From: Clostridia bacterium
GTDB lineage: Bacteria; Bacillota; Clostridia; Christensenellales; Aristaeellaceae
Assembly: GCA_030526225.1 (NCBI GenBank)
Contig: JAUNDF010000030.1
Location: forward strand, 19,795 to 25,439
Length of the DNA: 5,645 nucleotides
Direction of reading: 5' to 3'
Numbering within the stretch: position 1 is the first letter of the stretch; every line of letters starts with the position of its first letter. The position numbers and the translations under genes were made by a program. The notes beneath the pieces were generated by a model. The model did no database searches. It saw only the letters and a list, made by a program, of their open reading frames with translations, and was not told where the DNA came from. This document shows, in pieces, positions 1 to 4,817 of the stretch.

Positions 1-568
1 TGGGTTTGCCGCAGTGGGGGCAAACGGGCAGCAGCGCCGTGGGGATGCGCATATCCTGCTGATGGGCGACCATCTGCCGGATGATGGCCTCGTTGTCGAA
101 GGTCTCCTTGCAGCAGGGGGTGCTGCACTGGAACAGGCCGTAATCCCCCTGGGTGTAGAACAGGCGCTGTTTGTCGAACCCGGCCTTCTGAAAGCAGTGA
201 TCCACATTGGTGGTGATGACGAAGTAGTCCTTGTCCCGCACCAGCTGCAGCAGGGTGTCGTAGACGGGCTTGGGGGTATCCTCATAGCGGTTGATGTGGA
301 TGTAGCGGCTCCAGTAGGCCCAATGCTCCTCCGGGGTTTCATAGGGATAGAAGCCGCCGGAGTACATATCCGGGATACCGTAGACCTCGGCGAAATCCCC
401 GAAGTGCTTCAGAAAGCGCTCGCCGCTGTAGGTGAAGCCTGCCGATGCGGACAACCCTGCACCTGCGCCGATGAGCACCGTGTCGCAGGATTGCAGAGCG
501 GAGGTCAGCTGGTCAATCAGCCCGGAGCAGTCGGGTGTAGATGTCCTTGTCTGTGTCCTTGAAAACAT
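1..568 (-). CDS. sirTM: Class-M sirtuin (SirTM-type Sir2-family protein mono-ADP-ribosyltransferase). N-terminal ~189 codons only; the 3' end runs off the window.
   Basis: Absent from the supplied ORF track because it is open to the window edge. My manual minus-strand translation from ATG 568..566 gives MFSRTQTRTSTPDCSGLIDQLTSALQSCDTVLIGAGAGLSASAGFTYSGERFLKHFGDFAEVYGIPDMYSGGFYPYETPEEHWAYWSRYIHINRYEDTPKPVYDTLLQLVRDKDYFVITTNVDHCFQKAGFDKQRLFYTQGDYGLFQCSTPCCKETFDNEAIIRQMVAHQQDMRIPTALLPVCPHCGKP. It carries the Rossmann GAGAG motif, TTNVDH, QGDYG, and a Zn-ribbon Cys pattern (C..CC...CPHC). From memory it is collinear with the Streptococcus pyogenes SirTM. An SD-like AGGTGA (575..580) sits 6 nt upstream of the ATG. 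The start overlaps the macro gene by 56 nt, so its exact position is less certain than the product call. Confidence 0.85.
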   Translation of the reverse strand, partial: MFSRTQTRTSTPDCSGLIDQLTSALQSCDTVLIGAGAGLSASAGFTYSGERFLKHFGDFAEVYGIPDMYSGGFYPYETPEEHWAYWSRYIHINRYEDTPKPVYDTLLQLVRDKDYFVITTNVDHCFQKAGFDKQRLFYTQGDYGLFQCSTPCCKETFDNEAIIRQMVAHQQDMRIPTALLPVCPHCGKP

Positions 569-1307
569 TGAAAATCACCTTTTTGATACTCGTTTGCTGT
601 GTCATAAATTCCCGGACGGTCTGCAGCGCGATTTCTGCCGCCAGCTCATTGGGGAAGTGGAATTCTCCGGTGGAAATGCAGCAGAAGGCTACGCTTTCCA
701 GCTGGATGTCTGCCGCCAATGTCAGGCAGGCGCGGTAGCAGGAGGCCAGCAATTCCTTGTCCTTCTCCGTTACATCGCCCTGAATGATGGGCCCCACGGT
801 GTGCAGTACATACCTGCAGGGCAGATTAAAGGCCGGGGTGATTTTGGCCTGCCCTGTGGGTTCGGGATGCCCCTGCGCCGCCATCATGCAGTCACAGGCA
901 CGGCGCAGCTGCACCCCGGCAAAGGTGTGGATGGCGTTGTCGATGCAGCGATGATTGGGGGCATAGCAGCCGGTCATACCGCTGTTGGCGGCGTTGACGA
1001 TGGCATCGCACCGCAATGTGGTGATGTCCCCCTGCCACAGGTACAGCCCCGGCTGAAGGGGCGTCAAGTCGTCGACATCGGTGATGCCCTTCGATGCGAT
1101 TTCCTCCTTCAGGTATTCATCCTGCACGGCCAGAAAATCATCGCTGACAGGATCGGCCTCCCGGATGTTCATCAGCCCCCGGAGCATCAGCCACTGGCTT
1201 TCCGCATCCGTGGGAATGCGCCGTCCGCGAAAATCCCGGTTCTCATCCAGCAGGGCGCGCAGCAAAAACCGCCTGCGCCGGGCTTGGGTCATGGGTTGTT
1301 CGTTCAT
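513..1307 (-). CDS. MacroD-type macrodomain protein-ADP-ribose hydrolase (the SirTM-partnered class).
   Basis: This is the ORF-track entry 513..1319. Motifs seen: WQGDITTL..DAIVNAANS..G, HTVGPI and CCISTGEFHFP, the macrodomain ADP-ribose-binding signatures. The N-terminal helical extension (RRRRFLLRALLDENRD...LRGLMNIREADPVSDDFLAVQDEYL) matches, from memory, the S. aureus/S. pyogenes SirTM-operon macrodomain. I prefer ATG 1307..1305 (MNEQPMTQ...) because GAGGTG (1312..1317) lies 4 nt upstream and the resulting length matches homologues. The alternative ATG 1319 forms an ATGA overlap with the DUF1848 stop. Confidence 0.9.
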   Translation of the reverse strand: MNEQPMTQARRRRFLLRALLDENRDFRGRRIPTDAESQWLMLRGLMNIREADPVSDDFLAVQDEYLKEEIASKGITDVDDLTPLQPGLYLWQGDITTLRCDAIVNAANSGMTGCYAPNHRCIDNAIHTFAGVQLRRACDCMMAAQGHPEPTGQAKITPAFNLPCRYVLHTVGPIIQGDVTEKDKELLASCYRACLTLAADIQLESVAFCCISTGEFHFPNELAAEIALQTVREFMTQQTSIKKVIFNVFKDTDKDIYTRLLRAD

Positions 1308-1315
1308 GGGGCACC

Positions 1316-2248
1316 TCATTCAAACAAGGTCAGCTGACGGTCGATGTAGGATTCCTGCCGGGCTTCAATCACCGTGTCGCCGGGCTGTGCACCACCGATG
1401 AGGAAGGGCGAGGCCGGGTCGTGTCGGCGGATGTTGCGCTCTACGGTTTTGCGGTCATAATTGGCGTAGCAGTAGATGCAGCCGTGGGGACAGGTGTTGT
1501 ACATGCCGATGTCGGCCCCCAGCAGGCAATTGCACTGGCTGCGGGTGGATTTCTTCGACCTGGGCACACGGAGGCGGCAGTCAGCGGCCTTTTCCAACAC
1601 GGCTTTCGTCATGCAACCGGATACATCTGCGCCGAATTCAGCCAATGCGGCGTTCTCACAGCAGGTGCGGATGGGAATGCCGTATCTCATGCCGATTTTG
1701 ACGAAAGCCTCCATCAACGCCGCCTGCTCCAGGGTGCTGACCGCCCGCACGGAGGGGAAGTTCCGCTTCGTCTTCTCGTACAGGTCGATGAAGCTGATGA
1801 CGCAGAAGCTCACCTTGCCGGCCATGGTGGATGCCATCCGCTCGAAGGACTTGATATGGAAGTCCATGGAATACTTCTCTGTGATGAAGATGGGGTCATA
1901 ACGCCAGCCCACAGCTTTCGCACCCACCTTTTCAGACAGCTGCGACACGGACTGCATCACCTTTCCGCAGTCCGGCACAAAGGGCTCAATTTCCCGGCCG
2001 TAGGGGGTAACGGTGACGAACCAGAACTGCCGGAAATCGTCCAGCTCGCTCAGGCGGGGCAGCATGGGGGCAGGGTTCTTCGTGCAGAAGCACAGGATAT
2101 CCACCACCTTGGGGTCCAGGCGATAGCGGATGACCTGATTGGGATGGTAGGGGTTCCGGGTGCACACAAAGCCCTCTCGGATGCGGTTGTAGAACCAATC
2201 GCTGTAATAGGCCGGAATGTCCGTCCGGCAGCCGGTGTTGAGTATCAT
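1316..2248 (-). CDS. DUF1848-family protein with a C-terminal CX3CX2C cluster (putative Fe-S / radical-SAM-like enzyme, function unknown).
   Basis: This is the ORF-track entry 1316..2263. The N-terminus MILNTGCRTDIPAYYSDWFYNRIREGFV..RNPYHPNQV is the DUF1848 signature as I remember it. The C-terminal NTCPHGCIYCYAN motif (C258/C262/C265 in track numbering, nt 1469..1492) has canonical CX3CX2C spacing, with upstream CNC and CC pairs. I prefer ATG 2248 (GGAG at 2258..2261, 9-nt spacer) over TTG 2263. Confidence 0.8.
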   Translation of the reverse strand: MILNTGCRTDIPAYYSDWFYNRIREGFVCTRNPYHPNQVIRYRLDPKVVDILCFCTKNPAPMLPRLSELDDFRQFWFVTVTPYGREIEPFVPDCGKVMQSVSQLSEKVGAKAVGWRYDPIFITEKYSMDFHIKSFERMASTMAGKVSFCVISFIDLYEKTKRNFPSVRAVSTLEQAALMEAFVKIGMRYGIPIRTCCENAALAEFGADVSGCMTKAVLEKAADCRLRVPRSKKSTRSQCNCLLGADIGMYNTCPHGCIYCYANYDRKTVERNIRRHDPASPFLIGGAQPGDTVIEARQESYIDRQLTLFE

Positions 2249-2846
2249 GGAGATTCGCTCCAATTCGCAGAATGCGGCCCTCCTTGCGGGGCTTGGGGGT
2301 GGGATGCTTGTCGCCGGTGCGGGGATAGCCCAGCAGCAGCTGCATCACGGCGTAATGGGTGGCGGGGATGGCCCAATCCCGCAGGATTTCCTGCCCGTAG
2401 GGGTCGGCAAAGGCGCCCCAGCCCTCCCCAATATAGCACGAACCGATGCCCAGCGCATCCCCCGCCAGCATCATATTTTGGGCGGCCAATGCGCAATCCT
2501 CCTTGGCGAAGAGGAAGTTCTTCGGGGCAAAGAGGGTGATGACCGTGGGCGCGCCGTAGAAGGCATCGGTGATGGATGCGTCATCCGCAATGCTGGGCTG
2601 CTCCCGGGAGACATAGTTGTTGCCCTGTGCCATGCGGGGATGGGCGTTGGCCCGCTTGATGCGGCCAAGACGCAGATTGACCTCCCTGTCCTGACACACG
2701 GCGAAGAGCACGCCCTGCCGTCCTCCGGCACTGGGGGCATACAGCCCGGCCTCAAAGATTTGCTGCAATGCGCCTTCCTCAAGCTGCCGGTCATCAAAGC
2801 GTCGGATGGAGCGGCGGTGGCGGATGGTGTCCATCACGGATGTCAT
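1986..2846 (-). CDS. Nitroreductase-family FMN oxidoreductase. The recognisable domain is roughly codons 1-195. As sequenced, the ORF continues about 90 further codons into the DUF1848 gene in another frame.
   Basis: N-terminal IRHRRSIRRF and APSAGGRQ motifs are typical of the NfsB/NfnB-like nitroreductase fold. The C-terminal LLLGYPRTGDKHPTPKPRKEG resembles the usual end of such proteins. GAGGAGG (2854..2860) lies 7 nt upstream of ATG 2846..2844. That ATG overlaps the stop of the upstream gene as ATGA. The 3' end is doubtful because the tail after about nt 2262 is P/G/H/R/L-rich and overlaps DUF1848 by 263 nt. Confidence 0.8.
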   Translation of the reverse strand: MTSVMDTIRHRRSIRRFDDRQLEEGALQQIFEAGLYAPSAGGRQGVLFAVCQDREVNLRLGRIKRANAHPRMAQGNNYVSREQPSIADDASITDAFYGAPTVITLFAPKNFLFAKEDCALAAQNMMLAGDALGIGSCYIGEGWGAFADPYGQEILRDWAIPATHYAVMQLLLGYPRTGDKHPTPKPRKEGRILRIGANLHDTQHRLPDGHSGLLQRLVLQPHPRGLCVHPEPLPSQSGHPLSPGPQGGGYPVLLHEEPCPHAAPPERAGRFPAVLVRHRYPLRPGN

Positions 2847-3409
2847 TTTGCGGCCTCCTCATCAAAGCGGTTGGGCAGATAGTAAACCTGTCGGGGCAGG
2901 CTTTCGGAGAAGGAGTTGAACTCGGCCCACACCTCGGTCAGGTAGTAGCCGATAACAAATTCCCGGCGGTCGCCGAACTGGGAGGTCAGCACCGGGCTTT
3001 CCTCAAAGCAGCGGTTGATGATGTCCTCATCCTTGGTGAAATTCACCTTGCCGCCCAGCCGCACATAGGTCATGGTCTCCTGATCGCAGATGCACAGCTG
3101 GATATAGGGGTGGGCCAGCAGCTCGGCGTAGGTGCTGTAGAACACCACGGTGTCGAAGTACAGCACGCCGTCCTGCTCGAACTTGAATTCGATGGGGCGA
3201 ATCTGCGGATTGCCGTCGGTGCCCAATGTGGCGGCATACTGCAGGGGGAAGCGCTCAAAGACCCTGGTCACCACCTCAAGGCCGTTGTCAAAATTAAGGG
3301 ATTCAAAAAAGGCAAGGTTGCTCATAGGCTCCTCCTCACACAGGGCAGAGGGAATCAGCGCGGTCAGCATCAGCAGGGCGCACAGCAGCGCAAGGCATTT
3401 CTTCATCAT
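2843..3409 (-). CDS. Pyridoxamine-5'-phosphate-oxidase-like (FMN-binding split-barrel) family protein with a hydrophobic signal-peptide-like N-terminus.
   Basis: The core FPLQYAATLGTDGNPQIRPIEFKFEQDGVLYFDTVVFYSTYAELLAHPYIQLCICDQETMTYVRLGGKVNF resembles small clostridial PNPOx-family proteins (pattern ..YLAT...G.P.VRP..F....G.LYF.T.....Y..L..NP.V......G...R..G.A.F). The N-terminus MMKKCLALLCALLMLTALIPSALC has signal-peptide n- and h-regions. AAGGAG (3418..3423) lies 8 nt upstream of ATG 3409, which overlaps the rSAM stop as TGATG. A second possible start is ATG 3325 (MSNLAFF...), preceded by GAGGAGGAG. Confidence 0.65.
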   Translation of the reverse strand: MMKKCLALLCALLMLTALIPSALCEEEPMSNLAFFESLNFDNGLEVVTRVFERFPLQYAATLGTDGNPQIRPIEFKFEQDGVLYFDTVVFYSTYAELLAHPYIQLCICDQETMTYVRLGGKVNFTKDEDIINRCFEESPVLTSQFGDRREFVIGYYLTEVWAEFNSFSESLPRQVYYLPNRFDEEAAK

Positions 3410-4443
3410 CAGTCAAGCTCCTTCCAGCATTGGGGGTCGGCGGCGTAGAAGTTGCCGTCCTTGCCGCTGGCCACGGCGGGACAGCCCCGGCACCAGCCCA
3501 GCAGCTCGCACCGGCTGCATTTCTCGAACTTCGTGTAGTCACGGTACTGCTCCATCTGGCACACCCATACATCAGCCAAAAGGTCGGTGAACACATTGGC
3601 CACCTTGCTGTTCTGTACCCGGCGGCAGGCGTACACATCGCCCGTAGGCAGGATGGTCAGGTGGCAGTTGCCGCAGTTGCAGCCGCCGTACACCATGCCA
3701 TCCTCGGCGTAATCCGGGATTTTGAACGCGCCGGTTTCGTACTCATACAGGGTCCACAGGTGGTCCTTCTTGTTGAAATACGTCTGGCATCCGGCAGCCT
3801 CGTATGCCTTGAATTTGGCATCGCAGTCGGCCAGCAGCTGACGATAACGGAGCGGCTCGATGCCCACATCCTTATCCTCAGCCGTGGGGCAGTACCGGGC
3901 AAAGGCGAATACATTCACACCCGCTGCCACCGCCGCATCAATGATGCCGGGGACCTCGTCGATGTTCTTGTCGGACACGGTGGTCATCACCACAGAGCGA
4001 ATCCCCGCCCGGTTGATGCAGCCGATTTTCTCCAGGGTGATGTCAAAGCTGCCGGGCTTGCGGAACCAGTCGTGGGTCTCCCGCAGACCATCCAGGGACA
4101 ACTGATACTTCTCACAGCCATGCTCCTTCAACCGTCGGCACACATCATCCGTCAGGTGGAAGGGGTTGCCCAAGATGGTGAAGGGGATGCCGTGCGCCTT
4201 CATCAGCCCCAACAGCTTCCAGAAATCCGGGTGCAGGATGGGATCGCCGCCGGTGATGTAGAAGTAAGGCAGGCGGTCATACGCCTTGCAGAAATCAAGG
4301 CAGTTATGGAAGGTGTCCTGCATCTGGTCCCAGGTCATGGCATCCAGCTTCTTGCTGCAGTCCTCGGAGAAAATGTAGCAGTGCTTGCAGCGCTGGTCGC
4401 ATTCGTCGGTGATGTGCCACTGGAAAGAAAAATACTGTTTCAT
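3409..4443 (-). CDS. Radical SAM/SPASM-domain enzyme, the putative maturase of the adjacent ACGX-repeat peptide.
   Basis: CDQRCKHCY gives CX3CX2C at residues 15-22 (nt 4378..4401). YITGGDP is a SAM-binding GGE-like motif. The C-terminal SPASM pattern is C255xC257xxC260-x12-C273 (with G-x4-C), then C309xxC312x5C318xxC321, then C339 (nt 3427..3681). That Cys pattern fits a full SPASM domain with auxiliary Fe-S clusters. GGAGG (4450..4454) lies 6 nt upstream of ATG 4443. Confidence 0.92.
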   Translation of the reverse strand: MKQYFSFQWHITDECDQRCKHCYIFSEDCSKKLDAMTWDQMQDTFHNCLDFCKAYDRLPYFYITGGDPILHPDFWKLLGLMKAHGIPFTILGNPFHLTDDVCRRLKEHGCEKYQLSLDGLRETHDWFRKPGSFDITLEKIGCINRAGIRSVVMTTVSDKNIDEVPGIIDAAVAAGVNVFAFARYCPTAEDKDVGIEPLRYRQLLADCDAKFKAYEAAGCQTYFNKKDHLWTLYEYETGAFKIPDYAEDGMVYGGCNCGNCHLTILPTGDVYACRRVQNSKVANVFTDLLADVWVCQMEQYRDYTKFEKCSRCELLGWCRGCPAVASGKDGNFYAADPQCWKELD

Positions 4444-4501
4444 GGTGAGCCTCCTTGCTTGGCGGGACGCATGTCCGAAAGCACCGCGTTTGCCGTACCC
4501 T

Positions 4502-4539
4502 CGGAAATACGCCCCAGGATGATTCCTCGGGCGTATCCG
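4502..4539 (-). promoter_or_regulatory. Intercistronic RNA stem-loop between the peptide gene and the rSAM gene (candidate attenuator or processing/stability hairpin).
   Basis: On the plus strand, ATACGCCC (4507..4514) pairs perfectly with GGGCGTAT (4529..4536). An inner AGGA (4516..4519) pairs with TCCT (4524..4527), and an outer CGG (4502..4504) pairs with CCG (4537..4539) across a 2-nt bulge. It begins 6 nt after the peptide stop codon. There is no U-tract after it on the minus-strand RNA, so it is not a canonical intrinsic terminator. Confidence 0.55.
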
Positions 4540-4544
4540 GCTGA

Positions 4545-4757
4545 TTACTTGTCGCCGGCACCACAGGCAGAGCCGCAGGCAGCGGGAGCCTGAGCGGGCT
4601 TGTCAGCGGCACCGCAGGCAGCGGGCTGCTCGGCAGGCTTATCGGCGGCACCGCAAGCGGAGCCACAGGCAGCAGCGGGCTTATCGGAAGCACCGCAGGC
4701 GGCAGCAGGAGCGGCTTCGGCCTTCTTGGCCCAGCCGAAGAGGTTGGAAAGAGCCAT
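4545..4757 (-). CDS. ACGX-repeat peptide (70 aa, six Cys), a putative radical-SAM-modified precursor or carrier peptide.
   Basis: Translation from ATG 4757: MALSNLFGWAKKAEAAPAAACGASDKPAAACGSACGAADKPAEQPAACGAADKPAQAPAACGSACGAGDK. GGAGGG (4765..4770) lies 7 nt upstream of the ATG. There are six A-C-G-[A/S] motifs, and the gene sits immediately 5' of a radical SAM/SPASM gene on the same strand. The 120-aa version in the ORF track (to 4907) runs through the upstream terminator and has no RBS, so I use the shorter form. Confidence 0.85.
   Translation of the reverse strand: MALSNLFGWAKKAEAAPAAACGASDKPAAACGSACGAADKPAEQPAACGAADKPAQAPAACGSACGAGDK
4548..4706 (-). repeat. In-frame degenerate tandem repeat encoding the ACGX/DKP modules.
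   Basis: Related plus-strand units are gcgggcttgtcagcggcaccgcaggc (4594..4619), gcaggcttatcggcggcaccgcaagc (4633..4658) and gcgggcttatcggaagcaccgcaggc (4675..4700). They are spaced 39 and 42 nt apart (13 and 14 codons). The protein modules are AAACGASDKP / AAACGSACGAADKP / AEQPAACGAADKP / AQAPAACGSACGAGDK. Confidence 0.8.
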
Positions 4758-4781
4758 GGTTGTACCCTCCTTTTTATTTGT

Positions 4782-4817
4782 CAGACAGTATGTTTCCCTG
4801 TCTGCAAGGTTATTGTA
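4782..4817 (-). promoter_or_regulatory. Candidate -10 box plus a 7-bp inverted repeat in the 5' leader of the peptide gene.
   Basis: Minus-strand TACAAT (plus 4812..4817) lies 55-60 nt upstream of the ATG. No good -35 is present; a T-run sits at the expected distance. The perfect inverted repeat CAGACAG (4782..4788) / CTGTCTG (4798..4804), with a 9-nt spacer, lies between the putative -10 and the RBS. It could be an operator or a 5'-UTR hairpin. Confidence 0.3.

Noticed and set aside
1-1319. Sir2 plus macrodomain pair considered as an antiphage Sir2 effector or a DarTG-like toxin-antitoxin.
   Set aside because: The Sir2 protein is collinear with class-M sirtuins (GAGAGLSxSAGFTY, TTNVDH, QGDYG, Zn ribbon). 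The macro protein carries the N-terminal extension of the SirTM-partner class. There is no DarT-like domain, and none of the defence-type fusion domains (TIR, HerA, SLOG) is seen in the visible part.
2245-2797. Minus-strand ORFs 2245..2496 and 2471..2797, plus similar internal ORFs (3070..3258, 3336..3638, 3657..3914, 5278..5496).
   Set aside because: They are out-of-frame ORFs nested within well-supported genes. They are Arg/Pro/Ala/Ser-rich, with no RBS or motifs.
4440-4472. A 10-codon mini-ORF (MRPAKQGGSP) whose TGA overlaps the rSAM ATG as ATGA.
   Set aside because: It has only a weak GGTG 9 nt upstream. It largely consists of the rSAM RBS read as codons. I cannot support it without conservation or ribosome-profiling data.
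14-4593. Long plus-strand ORFs from the track (14..562, 432..1337, 1421..2539, 2217..2882, 2768..3448, 3430..4593).
   Set aside because: Each lies antisense to a minus-strand gene with clear family motifs. Their translations are low-complexity A/G/P/R/V/L-rich strings with no recognisable motifs and no RBS. These are typical stop-poor shadow frames of GC-rich coding DNA.
4548-4706. The repeated DNA considered as a possible CRISPR array or non-coding tandem repeat.
   Set aside because: The units are degenerate, in-frame multiples of 3 (39 and 42 nt), lack unique spacers, and sit inside an ORF with an excellent RBS. They are coding repeats.
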